Assembly (NCBI RefSeq): GCF_009914755.1
Contig: NC_060936.1
Reading direction: 5' to 3' (one strand)
Source: the human T2T-CHM13v2.0 reference genome, Homo sapiens
Length of the DNA stretch: 64,000 nt
Shown: positions 27,756-42,700 of the stretch, piece after piece
Layout: each line of letters begins with the position of its first letter
Numbering within the stretch: position 1 is the first letter of the stretch
Translations under genes and position numbers: made by a program
The notes under the pieces: generated by a model
Seen by the model: only the letters and a program-made list of their open reading frames with translations
Databases searched by the model: none
Told to the model about the DNA's origin: nothing

Positions 27756-30700
27756 TCCCCAAGAGTCCCAAACATCCACAAGCAGATTACACAAAAGGAG
27801 TGTTTCAATACTGCTCTATCAAAAGACAGGTTCAACTCTGTTAGTTGAATGCACACATCTCAAATAAGTTCCTGGGAAGTATTCTGTCTAGTTTTTATGT
27901 GAAGACATTTCCTCTTCCACCATAGGCTTCAAAGCACTCCAAATGAACACTTGCAGATACTACAAAAAGACTGTTACAAAACTGCTCTATCAAAAGAAGG
28001 GTTACACTCTGTGAGGTCAATGCACACATCACAAAGCAGTTCCTGAGAATTCTTCTGTCTAGTTTTTATGTGATGATATTTCCTTTTCCACCACAAGCCT
28101 CAAATCGCTCCAAACATCCACTTGCATATACTACAAAAAGACTGTCTCAAAACTACTCTCTCAAAAGGAAACTACAACTCTGTGAGTTGAATGCATGCAT
28201 CACAAAGCAGTTTCTGAGAATGCTTCTGTCTACATTGTATGTGTAGATATCCTGTTTACAAAGAATTCCTCAAAGAGCTCCAAATATCCACAAACAGATT
28301 CTAAAAAAGCAGAGTTTCAGAACTGCTCTACCAAGGAAAGGTTCAACTCTGTGAATTGAATGCACACATCACAAAAAAGTTTCTGAGAATGCTTCTGTCT
28401 AGTTTTAATGTGATGATATATCCTTTTCCACCATAGGCCTCGAAGCACCCAAAATGAAAATTTGCAGATTATACAGAAAGAATGTTTCAAATCTGCTCTA
28501 TCAAAAGAAAGGTTCAACTCTGAGAGTTGAATGCGCACATCACAAATAACTTTCTGCGAATGCTTCTGTCTAGTTTTTTTCTGAAGATAGCCCGTTTCCA
28601 ATGAATTCCTCAAAAAGTTTCATATAGCCACAAGCAGATTCTACAAAAGAAGTGTTTCAAAACTGTTCTATCAAAAGAAAGGTTCCAATCTGTGAATGGA
28701 ACGCACACATCACAAAGGAGTTTCTGAGAATGTTTCAGTCTAGTTTTTATGTGAAGATACCCGTTTCCAACGAATTCCCCAAGAGTTCCAAACATCCACA
28801 AGCAGGTTCCACAAAAGGAGTGTTTCAATACTGCTCTATTAAAAGACAGGTTAAACTCTGTGAGTTGAATGCATACATCCAAAGGAGTTTCTGAGAATGA
28901 TGCTGTCTGGTTTTTATGTGAAGATATTTCCTTTTCCACCATAGGCCTCAAAGCTCTCCAGAAGAACACTTGCAGATTTTACCAATAGAGTGTCTCAGAA
29001 CTGCTCTGTCAAAAGTAAAGTTCAACTCTGTTATCTGAATGCACAGAACACATAGAAGTTCCAGAGAATGCTTCTGTGTAGTTTTTAAGTGAAGATATAT
29101 CCATTTCCAACATAGTCCTCAAATTGCTCCAAATATCCACCTGCAGATACTATAAAAAGACTGTTTCAAAACTGCTCTATCAAAAGAAATGCTCAACTCT
29201 GTGAGATGAATGCACACATCACAAAGCAGTTTCTGAGAATGCTTCTTTCTAGTTTTCATGTGAAGATACTTCCTTTTTCACCATAGGCCTCTAAGCGCTC
29301 AAAATGAACACTTGCAGAATACAGAAAGAACGTTTCGAATCTGATTTGGAAAAGAAAGTTTCAACTCTGTGAGTTGAATGCACACGTCACAAAGAACATT
29401 CTGAGAATACTTCAGTCTACTTTTTTTGTGAAGATAGCCCGTTTCCAACGAATTCCTCAAAGAGTTTCATATATCCAAAAGCAGGTCCTACAAAAGGTGT
29501 GTTTAAAAACTGCTCTATCAAAAGAAAGGTTCCACTCTGTGAATTGAACACTTATATCACAAAGGTGTTTCTGAGAATGCTTCTGTCCAGTTTTTATATG
29601 AAGATATTTCCTTTTTCACCATAGGCTTCAAAGTGCTCCAAATGAACACTTGCAGACACTACAAAAAGCCTGTTTCAAAACTGCTCTCTCAAAAGGAAGG
29701 TTCAACTCTGTGAGTTGAATGCACACATCACAAAGCAGTTTCTGAGAATGCTTCTAGTTTGTATGTGAAGATATCCCGTTTACAATGAATTCCTCAAAGA
29801 GCTCCAAATATCCACAAGCAGAATCTACAAAAGGAGTGTTTCAAAACTGCTCAATCATAAGAGAGGTTCAACTCTGTGAGCTGAAAGCACATATCACAAA
29901 GAACTTTCTGAGAATGCTTCTGTCTAGTTTTTATATGAAGATACCCATTTCCAGTGAATTCCCCAAGAGTTCCAAATATCCACAAGCAGATTCCACAAAA
30001 GGTGTGTTTCAATACTGCTCTATCAAAAGACAGGTTCAACCCTGTTAGTTGAATGCACACATCTCAAAGAAGATCCTGGGAGTGCTTCTGTCTAGTTTTT
30101 GTGTGAAGATATTTCCTTTTCCACCACAGGCTTCAAAGCACTCCAAATGAACACTTGCAGATACTACAAAAAGACTGTTTCAAAACTGCTCTAGCAAAAG
30201 AAGCGTTTCACTCTGTGAGGTGAATGCACACATCACAAAGCAGTTTCTGAGAATGCTTCTGTCTAGTTTTTATGTGTAGATATCCCCTTTACAACGAAAA
30301 CCTCAAAGAGATCTAAATACCCACAAGCAGATTGTACAAAAGCAGTGTTTTGAAACTGCTCTATCAAAAGAAAGGTTCAACTCTGTGAATTGAATGCACA
30401 CATCACAAAATGTTTCTGAAAATGCTTCTGTCTTGTTTTCATGTGAAGATATTTCTTTTCCACCATAGGCCTCAAAGCGCTCCAAATGAACACTTGCAGG
30501 TTATACAGAAAGAATGTTTCAATGCTGTGCTATAAAAAGAAAGGTTCAACTCTGTGAGTAGTATTCACACATAACACAGAACTTTCTGAGAATACTTCTG
30601 CCTGGTTTTTTTTTCTGAAAATAGCCCGTTTCCAACGTATTCCTCAAAAAGTTTCATATATCCACAAGCAGATTTTACAAAAGAAGTGTTTCAAAACTGC

Positions 30701-33700
30701 TCTATCAAAACAGAGGTTCGACTCTGTGAATTGAACACCCCCATGACAAAGGAGTTTCTGAGAATGCTTCTGTCTAGTTTTTATGTGAAGATATTTCCTT
30801 TTGCACCATAGGCCTCAAAGTGCTCAAAATGAACACTTGCATAATTTACCAAAAGAGCGTTTCAAAACTGCTCTGTCAAAAGAAATGTTCAACTCTGTTA
30901 CCTGAATGCACACATCACAAACAATTTCCTGAGAATTCTTCTGTCTAGTTTTTATGTGAAGGTATATCCTTTTCCAACATAGGCCTCAAATCGCTCCAAA
31001 TATCCACCTGCAGATTCTATAAAAAGACTGTTTCAAAACTGCTCTATCAAAGCAAAGGCTCAACTCTGTGAGTTGAATGCACACATCACAAAGCAGTTTC
31101 TGAGAATGCTTCTGTCTAGTTTTTATGTGAAGGTGATACTTCCTTTTCCACCATAGGCCTCAAATCGATCCAAATATCCACTTGCAGGTAACACCAAAAT
31201 ACTGTTTGAAAACTGGTGTCTGAAAAGGAAGGTTGAACTCTGTGAGTTGAACGCAGACATCACAAAGCAGCTTCTGAGAATGCTTCTGTCTAGTTTTTAT
31301 GTGAAGATATCCCATTTACAACGATTTTCTCAAAGAGCTCCAAATATCCACAAGCAGATTCTACAAAAGGTGTGTTTCAAAACTGCTCTATCAAAAGAAA
31401 GGTTCAACTATGTGAGTTGAATGCACACATCACAAAACTTTCTGAGAATGCTTCTGTCTAGTTTTTATGTGAAGATATTACCTTTTCCACCATAGGCTTC
31501 AAAGCGCTCAAAATGAACACTTGGAGATTCTACAAGAAGAGTGTTTCAAAACTGCTCCACTGAAGGAAGGGTTCAACCCTTTGAGTTGAATGCACACATA
31601 ACAAAGAATTTTCTGGTAATACTTCTGCCTAGTTTTTTTCTGAAGTTAGCCCGTTTCCAAAGAATTCCTCAAAAAGGTTCATATATCCACAAGCAGATTG
31701 TATAAAAGAAGTGTTTCAAAACTGCTCTATCAAAAGAAAGGTTCCACTCTGTGAACTGAACACACATATCACAAGGGAGTTTCTGAGAATGCTTCTTTCT
31801 AGTTTTTTTGTGAAGCTATTTCCTTTTCCACCATAGGCCTCAAAGCTCTCCAAATGAACACTTGCAGATTTTACCAAAAGAGTGTTTCAAAACTGCTCTG
31901 TGAAAAGAAAGGTTCAACTCTGTTAGCTGAATGCACACATCACAAAGAAGTTCCTGAGAATGCTTCTGTCTAGTTTTTATGAGAAGATATATCCTTTTCC
32001 AACACAGGACACAAATCGCTCCAAATATCCACATGCAGTTTCTACAAAAAGACTGTTTCATAACTGCTCCGTTAAAGGAAGGGTTCAACTCCGTGAGGTG
32101 ACTGCACACATCACAAAGCAGTTTCTGAGAATGCTTCTGCCAAGTTTTTAGGTGAAGATATTTCCTTTTCCACCATAGGCCTCATATCGCTCCAAATATC
32201 CACTCGAAGATACTACAAAAACACTGTTTCCAAACTGCTCTCTCAAAAGGAAGGTTCAGCTCTGTGAGATGAATGCATACATCACAAAGCAGTTTCTGAG
32301 AATGCTTCTAGTTTGTATGTGAAGATATCCCGTGTACAACGAATTCCTCAAATAGCTCCAAATATCCACAAGCAGATTCTAGAAAGGACTGTTTCAAAAC
32401 TGCTCTATCAAAAAAGAGGTTCAACGCTGTGAGTTGAATGCACACATCACAAAAATGTTTCTGAGAATGCTTCTGTCTAGTTTGCTTGTGAAGATATTAC
32501 CTTTTCCACCATAAGATTGAAAGCGTTGCAAAATACCACTTGCAGATTCTACAAAAAGACTTTTTCAAAACAGCTCTATCAGAGGAAGGGTTCAATTCTG
32601 TGAGGTGAATGCACACATCACAAAGCAGTTTCTGAGAATGCTTCGGTCTAGTTTTTATGTGAAGGTATTTCCTTTTCCACCATCGGCTGCAAATCGCTCC
32701 AAATATGCACTTGCAGATACTAAAAAAACAGTGTTTCAAAACTGCTCTCTCAAAAGGAAGGTTCAACTCTGTGAGTTCAATACACACTTCACAAAGCAGC
32801 TTCTCAGAATGCTTCTGTCTATTTTATTTGTGAAGATATCCTGTGGAAAACCAATTCCTCAAAGGGCTTCAAATATCTACAAGCAGATCCTACAAAAGGA
32901 GTGTTTCAAAACTGCTTTATCAAAAGAGAGTTTCAACTCTGTGAGCTGAATGAACACATAACAAAAAAGTTTCTGAGAATGCTTCTGTCTAGTTTTTATG
33001 TGAAGCTATTTCTTTTTCCACCGTAGGCCTAAAAGTGCTCAAAATGAACACTTGCAGATTACACAGAAAGAAAGTTTCAAATCTGCTCTATCAAAAGAAA
33101 GTTTCAACTCTGTGAGTTGAATGCACCCATCACAAAGAACATTCTGAGAATGCTTTGGTCTAGTTTTTATATGAAGATACCCGTTTCCAACGAATTCTTC
33201 AGGAGTTCCAAATATACACAAGCAGATTCCACAAAAGGAATGTTTCAATACTGCTCTATCAAAAGACAGGTCCAGCTCTGTTAGTTGAATGCACACTTCT
33301 CAAAGAAGATCCTGGGAATGCTTCTGTCTAGTTTTTATGTGAAGATATTTCCTTTTCCACCAAAGGCTCCAAAGTGCTCCAAATGAACACTTGCAGATTC
33401 TACAAGAAGACTTTCAAAACGGCTCTATCAAAAGAAAGTTTCAACTCTGTGTGTTGAATGGATACATCACAAAGAACTTTCTGAGAATGCTTCTGTCTAG
33501 TTTTTATGTTAAGATATTTTTTTTTCCACCATAGGCCTCAAATCGCACCAAATATCCACTTGCAGATACTACAAAAACACAGCCTCAACACTGCTCTTTC
33601 AAAAGGGACGTTCAACCCTGTGAGTTGAATGCACAAATCACAAAGCGGTTTCTGAGAAAGCTGCCAGGTTGTATGTGAAGATATCCCGTTTACAACGAAT

Positions 33701-36700
33701 TCCTCAAAGAGCTCCAAATATCCAGAAGCAGATTCTACAAAAGCAGTGTTTCAAAACTGCTCTATCAAAAGAAAAGTACAACACTGTGAACTGAATGCAC
33801 ACATCACAAAAAAGTTCCTGAGAATACTTCTGTCTAGTTTTCATGTGAAGATATTTCTTTTTCACCATAGGCCTCAAATTGCTCCAAATATCCACTTGCA
33901 GATACTGCAAAAACAGAGTTTCAAAACGGCTCTCTCAAAAGGAAGGTTCAACTCTGTGTGTTGAATGCACACCTCCCAAAGCGGTTTCTGAGAATACTTC
34001 TAGTTTATATGTGAAGATATCCCATTTAAAATGAATTCCTCAAAGAGCTCCTAATATCTGCAAGCAGATCCTAGAAAAGGACTGTTTCAAAACTGCTCTA
34101 TCAAAAGAGAGGTTCAACTCTGTGAGTTGAATGCACACATCACAAAAAATTTTCGGAGAATGCTTCTGTCTAGTTTTTATGTGAAGATATTTCCTTTTAT
34201 ACCATAGGCTTCTCAGCGCTCATAATGAACACTTGCAGATTAAACAGAAAGAAAGTTTCAAATCTACTCTATCAAAAGAATGGTTGAACTCTGAGAGTTG
34301 AATGCACACATCACAAAGAACTTTCTTAGGATGCTTCTGTCTAGCTTTTATATGGCGTTTCCCGTTTCCAACGAATACCCCAAGATTTCCAAATATCCGC
34401 AAGCAGATTCCACAAAAGGAGTATTTCAATACTGCTCTATCAAAAGACAGGTTCAACTCTGTTAGCTGAATGCACACATCTCAAAGAAGATCCTGGGAAT
34501 GCTTCTGTCTAGTTTTTATGTGATGATATTTCCTTTTCCACCATTTGCTTCAAAGCCCACCAAATGAACACTTGCAGATACTACAAAAAGACTGTTTCAA
34601 AACTGATCTAACAAAAGAAGGGTTCCACTCTGTGAGGTGAATGCACACATCACAAAGCAGTTTTTGAGAATGCTTCTGCCTTGTTTGTATGTGTAGATAC
34701 CCCGCTTACAACGAATTACTCAAAGAGCTCCAAATATCCACAAGCAGATTCTACAAAAGGAGTGTTTCAAAACTGCCCTATGAAAAGAGAGTTTCAACTC
34801 TGTGAGTTGAATGCACACATCACAAAGCAGTTTCTGAGAATGCTTCTGTCTAGTTTTTATGTGGAGATATTTCCTTTTCCACCATAGGCCTCAAATAGCT
34901 ACAAATATCCACTTGCAGATACTACAAAAACACAGTTTCAAAACTGCTCTCTCAAAAGGAAAGTTCAACTCTGTGAGTTGAATGCACACATCACAAAGTA
35001 CTTTCTGAGAATGCTTCTGTCCAGTTTTTATATGAAGATTCCCTTTCCAACGAATACCCCAAATTTTCCAAATATCTACAAGCAGATACCACAAAAGGAA
35101 TGTTTCAATACTGCTCTATCAAAAGACAGGTTCAACTCTGTTAGTTGAATGCACACATCTCAAAGAAGATCATGGGAATGCTTCTGTCTATTTTTTGTGA
35201 AGATATTTCCTTTTCCACCATAGGCTGCAAAGACCTCCAAATGAACACTTGCGGATACTACAAAAAGACTGTTTCAAACCTGCTCTCACAAGAGAAGGGT
35301 TCCAGTCTGTGAGGTGAATGCATACATCACAAAGCAGTTTTTGAGAAGGCTTCTGTCTAGTTTGTACGTGTAGATAGCCTGTTTACAACGAATTCCTCAA
35401 ACAGCTCCAAATATCCACAAGCAGATTCTACAAAAGAAGTGTTTCAAAATTGCTCTATCAAAAGAAAGGTTCAACTCTGTGAATTGAATGCACACATCAC
35501 AAAAGAGTTCCTGAGAATGGTTCTGTCTAGTTTTCATGTGAAGATATTTCCTTTTCCACCATAGGCCTCATATCGCTCGAAATATCCACTTGCAGATACT
35601 ACAAAAACACTGTTTCCAAACTTCTCTCTCAAAAGGAAGTTTCAACTCTGTGAGTTGAATGCACACATCACAAAGCAGTTTCTGAGAATGCTTCTATTTT
35701 GTATGTGAAATTTTCCCCTTTTATAACGAATTCCTCAAAGAGCTCCAAATAGCCACAAGTGGATTCTAGAAAAGGACTGTTGCAAAACTACTCTATCAAA
35801 AGAGAGGTTCAACTCTTTGAGTTGAATGCACACATCACAAAAAAGTTTCTGAGAATGCTTCTGTCTAGTTTTTATGTGAAGATATATGCTTCTCCACCAT
35901 AGGCTTCAAAGCGCTGCAAAAGAACACTTGCAGATTCTACAAAAAGACTGTTTCAAAACTGCTCTATCAAAAGGGAGGTTCAATTCTGTGAGTTTAATCC
36001 TCACATCACAAAAAAGTTTCTGAGAATGCTTCTGTCTAGTTTGTATTTGAAGATATTTCCTTTGCCACCATAGGCCTCAAAGCGCTCAAAATGAACACTT
36101 GCACATTATACAGAAAGAAAGTTTCAAATCTGCTCTATCAAAGAAAGGTTCAACTCTGTGAGTTGAATGCCCACATCAAAAAGAACTTTCTGATAATACA
36201 TCTGTCTAGTTTTTATATGAAGATACCCGTTTCCAACGAATTCCCCAATAGTTCCAAATATCCAGAAGCAGATTCCACAAAAGGAGTGTTTCAATACTGC
36301 TCTATCAAAAAACAGGTTCAACTCCGTTAGTTGAATGCACATATCTCAAAGAAGATCCTGGGAATGCTTATGTCTGGTTTTTATATGAAGATATTTCCTT
36401 TTCCACTATAGGCTTCAAAGCGCTCCAAATATCCACTTGCAGATACAACAAAAACACATTTTCAAAACTGCTCTCTCAAAAGGAAGGTTCAAATCTGTGA
36501 GTTGAATGCACACACCACAAAGTGGTTTCTGAGAATACTTCTAGTTTATATGTGAAGATATCCCGTTTAAAACGAATTCCTCTTAGAGCTCCAAATATCC
36601 ACATGCAGATTCTACAAAAGGAGTGTTTCAAAACTGCTCTATCAAAAGAGAGGTTCAACTCTGAGTTGAATGCACACATCAGAGTAAATTTTCTGAGAAT

Positions 36701-39700
36701 GCTTCTGTGTAGTTTTTATGTGAAGATATTTAATTTTCAACCATAGGCCGCAAATCACTCCAAATATCCACTTGCAGACACTGCAAAAACTCTGTTTCAA
36801 AACTGCTCTCTCAAAAGGAAGGTTAAACTCTGTGAGTTGAATGCACACATCACAAAGCAGTTTCTGAGAATTCATCCAGTTTGTATGTGAAGATATCCCG
36901 TTTACAACGAATTCCTCAAAGAGCCTCAAATATCCACAAGCAGAATCTACAAAAGCAGTGTTTCAAAATTGCTCTATCAAAAGAGAGGTTCAACTATGTG
37001 AGCTGAATACACACAACACAAAAGGTTTCTGAGAATGCTTCTGTCTAGTTTTCATGTGAAGATATTCCCTTTTCAACAATAGGCCTCAAAGCGCTCAAAA
37101 TGAATACTTGCAGATTTTACAGAAAGGAAGTTTCACATCTGCTCAATCAAAAGAAAGGTTCAACTCTGTGAGTTGAAAGCATACATCACAAGGAACTTTC
37201 TGAGAATGCTTCTGTCTAGTTTTTATATGAAGATACCCGTTTCCAAAGATTTCCCCAAAGTTCCAAATATCCATAAGCAGATTCCACAAAAGGAGTGTTT
37301 CAATACTGCTCTATCAAAAGACAGGTTCAACTCTGTTAGTTGAATGCACACAATTCAAAGAAGATCCTGGGAGTGCTTCTGTCTAGTTTTTATGTGAAGA
37401 TATTTCCTTTTCCACCATAGGCTTCAAAGACCTCTAAATAAACACTTGTAGGTACTACAAAAACACTGTTGCAAAACTGCTTTCATAAAAGAAGGGTTCC
37501 AATCTGTGAGGGGAATGCAGACATCACAAAGCAGTTTTTGAGAAGGCTTCTGTCTAGTTTGTATGTGTAGATATCCTGTTTACAACGAATTCCAGTTAGA
37601 GCTCCAAATATCCACAAGCAGATTCTACAAAAGCATCGTTTCAAAATTTCTCTATCAAAAGAAAGGTTCATCTATGTGAATTGAGTGCACACATCACAAA
37701 AAAGTTTCTGAGAATGCTTCTGTCTAGTTTTCATGTGAAGATATTTCCTTTTCCACCATAGTCCTCAAAGTGATCCAAATGAACACTTGCAGATTATACA
37801 GAAAGAATGTTTCAAATCTGCTCTATCAAAAGAAAGGTTCATCTCTGTGAGTTGAATGCACACATCACAAAGAACTTTCTGAGAATACTTCTGCCTAGAT
37901 TTTTTCTGAACATAACCCGTTTCCCATGAATTCTTCAAAAACTGTCACATATCCACAAGCAGATTCTACAAAAGAAGTGTTTCAAAACTGCTCTATCAAA
38001 GAAAGTTTCCTCTAGGTGAATTGAACACACACATCACAAAGGAGTTTCTGAGAATGCTTCTGTCTAGTTTTTATGTGAAGATATTTCCTTTTCCACCACA
38101 GGCCTCAAAGCGCTCAAAATGACCACTTGCAGATTATACAGAAAGTATGTTTCAAATCTGCTCTATCAAAAGAAGGGTTCAACTCTATCAGTTGAATGCA
38201 CAAATCACAAAGAACTTTCTGAAAATGCTTCTGTCTATTTTTTATATGAAGATACCCATTTCCAACGAATTCCCAAAGTGTTCCAAATATCCCCAAGCAG
38301 ATTCCCCAAAAGGAGTGTTTCAATACTGCTCTATCAAAAGACAGGTTCAACTCTGTTAGTTAAATGCACACATCTCAAAGAAGATCCTGGGATTGCTTTT
38401 GTGTAGTTTTTATGTGACGATATTTCCTTTTCCACCGTAGGCTTCAAAGCACTACAAATGAACACTTGTAGATACTACAAAAAGACTGTTTTAAAACTAC
38501 TCTAACAAAAGAAGGGTTCCACTCTGTGAGGTGAAGGCACATGTCACAAAGCAGTTTCTGAGAATGCTTCTGTCTAGTTTGTATGTGTAGATAGCCCGTT
38601 TCCAAAGAATTGCTCAAAAAGTTTCATATATCAACAAGCAGATTTTACAAAATAAGTGATTCAAAACTGCTCTATCAAAAGAAAGGTTCCACTCTGTTAA
38701 TTAAACAAACCCATCACAATGGAGTTTCTGAGAATGCTTCTGTCTAGTTTTGATGTGAAGATATTTCCTTTTGCAACATAGGCCTCAAAGCTCCAGATGA
38801 ACACTTGCAGATTTTACCAAAAGGGTGTTACAAAACTACTCTGTGAAAAGAAAGGATCAACTCTGTTAGCTGAATGCACAAATCACAAAGAAGTTCCTGA
38901 GAATGCTTCTGTCTTATTTTTATGTGAAGATATTTCCTTTTCCATCATAGGCCTCTAGTCGCTCCAAATATCCACTTACTGTTAACACCAAAAGACAGTT
39001 TCAAAACTGCTCTCTGAAAAGGAACGTTCAACACTGTGAGTTGAATGCACTCATCATACAGCAGATTCTGAGAATGCTTCTATCAAGTTTGTATGTGAAG
39101 ATATCCCGTTTACAATGAATTCCTCAAAGACCTCCAAATATCCACAAGCAGATTCTACAAAAGAAGTGTTTCAATACTGCTCTATCAAAAGAAAGGTTCC
39201 ACTCCGTGAATTGAACGCACACATCACCAAGGAGTTTCTGAGAATGCTTCTGTCTAGTTTTTATGTGAAAATAATTCCTTTTCCAACATACGCCTCAAAG
39301 CTCTCCAAATGAACACTTGCAGATTTTACCAAAAGAGTGTTTCAAAACTGCTCTGTGAAAAGAAAGGTTCAACTCTGTTAGCTGAATGCACACAACACAA
39401 AGAAGTTCCTGAGAATGCTACTGTCTAGTTTTTAAGTGAAGTTACATCCTTTTCCAACATAGGCCTCAAATCGCTCAAAATATCCTCTTGCACATACTAC
39501 AAAAACACTGTTTCAAAACTGGCCTATCAAAAGGAAGGTTCAATTCTGTGAGTTGAATGCACACTTCACAAAGCAGTTTCTGAGAATGCTTCTAGTATGT
39601 ATGTGAAGTTATCCCGTTTTTTAACCAATTCCTCAAAGAGCTACAAATATCCACAAGCAGATTCTACAAAAGGTGTGTTTCAAAACTGCTCTATCAAAAG

Positions 39701-42700
39701 AAAGCTTCATCTCTGTGAGTTGAATGCACACATCACAAAAAAATTTCTGAGAATGCTTCTGTCTAGTTTTTATATGAAGATCTTTCCTTTTCCACCACAG
39801 ACCTCAAAGCACTCAAAATGAACACTTGCAGATTATACAGAAAGAAAGTTTCAAATCTGCTCGAGGAAAAGAACGGTTCAACTCTGTGAGTTGAATGCAC
39901 ACATCATAAAGAACTTTCTGAGAAGGCTTCTGTCTAGTTTTTTTAAGAAGATAACCGTTTCCAACAATTACCCCAAGAGTTCGAAATATCCAGAAGCCGA
40001 TTCCACAAAAGGAGTGTTTCAATAGTGCTCTATCAAAAGAAAGGTTCAACCATGTGAGTTGAATGCACACATCACAAAAAAGTTTCTCAGAATGTTTCTG
40101 TCTAGTTTTTATGTGAAGATATTACCTTTTCCACCATAGCCTTCAAAGCCCTCCAAATGAACACTTATAGATACTACAAAAAGACTGTTTCAAAACTGCT
40201 CCCTCAAAGAAAGCGTTCAACTCTGTGAATTGAATGCTCACATCACAAAGCAGTTTCTGAGAATGCTTCTGTCTAGTTTTTATGTGAAGATATTACCTTT
40301 TCCATCGTAGTCCTCAAATCTCTCCAAATATCCACTTGCGAATACTACAAAAACACTTTTTCAAAACAACTCTCTCAAAAGGAAGGTTCAACTCTGTGAG
40401 TTGAATGCACAAATCATAAAGAAGTTACTGAGAATGCTTCCAGTTTGTACATGAAGATATCCCGTTTACAACGAATTCCTCAAAGAGCTCCAAATATCCT
40501 CAAGCAGATTATACAAAAGGAGTGTTTCAAAACTGTTTTATCAAAAGACAGGTTCAACTCTGTGAGTTGAACGCACACATCACAAAATAGTTTCTGACAA
40601 TGCTTCTGTCTAGTTTTTATGTGAAGATATTTCCTTTTCCTCCATAGGCCTCAAAGCTCTCCAAAGGAACACTTGCAAATTCTACAAAAAAAACTGTTTC
40701 AAAACTGCTCCATCAAAGGAATGGTTCAATGCTGTGAGTTGAATGCACACATCACAAAGCACTTTCTGAGAATGCTTCTGTCTAGTTTTTGTGTGAAGAT
40801 ATTTCCTTTTCCACCATAGGCCTCAAATCGCTCCAAATATCCACTTGCAGACACAACAAAAAAACTGTTTCAAAACTGCTCTATCAAAAGGAAGGATCAA
40901 CTCTGTGAGGTGAATGCGCACTTCACTAAGCTGTTTCTGAGAATGCTTCTAGTTTGTATGTGAAGATATCTCGTTTTTTAACGAATTCCTCGAAGAGCTC
41001 CAAATATCTACAAGCAGATTCTACAAAAGGGAGTGTTTCAAAACTGCTCTATCAAAAGAGAGACTCAACTCTGTGCGTTGAATGCACACATCACAAAAAA
41101 TTTTCTGAGAATTCTTCTGTCTAGTTTTTATTTGAAGATATTTCCTTTGCCACCGTAGGCCTCAAAGCGCTCAAAATGAAGTCTTGCAGATTATACCAAA
41201 ATAACGTTTCAAATCTGCTCTATCAAAAGTACAGTTCAACTCTGTGAGTTGAATGCACAGATCACAAAGAACTTTCTGAGAATGCTTCTGTCTAGTTTTT
41301 ATAAGAAGATACCCGTTTCCAACGAATTCCCAAAGAGTTCCAAATATCCACAAGCAGATTCCATAAAAGGAGTGTTTCAATACTGCTCTATCACAAGACC
41401 GGTTCAACTCTGTTAGTTGAATGCACACATCTGAAAAAAGATCCTGGGAATGCTTTTGGCTAGTTTTTATGTGAAGATATTTCCTTTTAACAGGCAGGCT
41501 TCAAAGCGCTGCAAGTGAACACTTGCAGATACTTCACAAAGACTGTTTCAAAACTTCTCTAACAAAAGAAGAGTTCCACTCTGTGAGGTGAATGCACATA
41601 TCACAAAGCAGTTTCTGAGAATGCTTCTGTCTAGTTTGTATGTGTAGATTGCCCAATTCCAACGAATTCCTCGAAAAGTTTCAAATATCCACAAGCAGAT
41701 ACTACAAAAGAATTGTTTCAAAACTGCTCTATCAAAAGAAAGAGTTCACTCTGTGAATTGAACACACACAACACAAAGGAGTTTCTGAGAATGCTTCTGT
41801 CTAATTTTGATGTGAAGATATTTCCTTTTCCAACATAGGCCTCAAAGCTCTCCAAATGAACACTTGCAGATTTTTCCAAAAGAGTGTTTCAAAACTGCTC
41901 TGTGAAAAGAAAGGTTCAACTCGGTTAACTGAATGCACACATAACAAAAAAGTTCCTGAGAATGCTTCTGTCTAGTTTTTATGTGAAGATATATCCTTTT
42001 CCAACATAGGCCTCAAGTCGCTCCAAATATCCACTTGCAGTTAACACCAAAAGACTGTTCCAAAACTGCTCTCTGAAAAGAAATGTTCAACTCTGTGAGT
42101 TGATCGCACTCATCACATAGCAGATTCTGAGAATGCCTCTGTCTAGTTGTATGTGAAGATATCCAGTTTACAACGAATTCCTCACAGAGCTCCAAATATC
42201 CACAAGCAGATTCTACAAAAGGTCTGTTTCAAAACTGCTCTATCCAAAGGAAGGTTCAACTCTGTTGAATGCACACTTCACAGAGCAGTTTCTGAGAATG
42301 CTTCTAGTTTAGTTTGTATGTGAAGATATCCCGTTTTTTAACGAATTCCTCAAAGAGCTCCAAATATCCACAAGAGGATTCTACAAAAGGGAGTGTTTCA
42401 AAACTGCTCTATAAAAATAGACGCTCAAATCTGTGAGTTGAATGCACAGATCACAAAAAAATTTTCTGAGAAAGCTTCTGTCTAGTTTTTTTATGAAGAT
42501 ACCCGTTTCCAACGAATTCCCCAAGAGTTCAAAATATCCACAAGCAGATTCTACAAAAGGAGTGTTTCAATACTGCTCTATCAAAAGACAGGTTCAACTC
42601 TGTTAGTTGAATGCACACATCTGAAAAAAGATCCTGGGTATGCTTTTGGCTAGTTTTTATGTGACGACATTTCCTTTTCCACCGTAGGCTTCAAAGCACT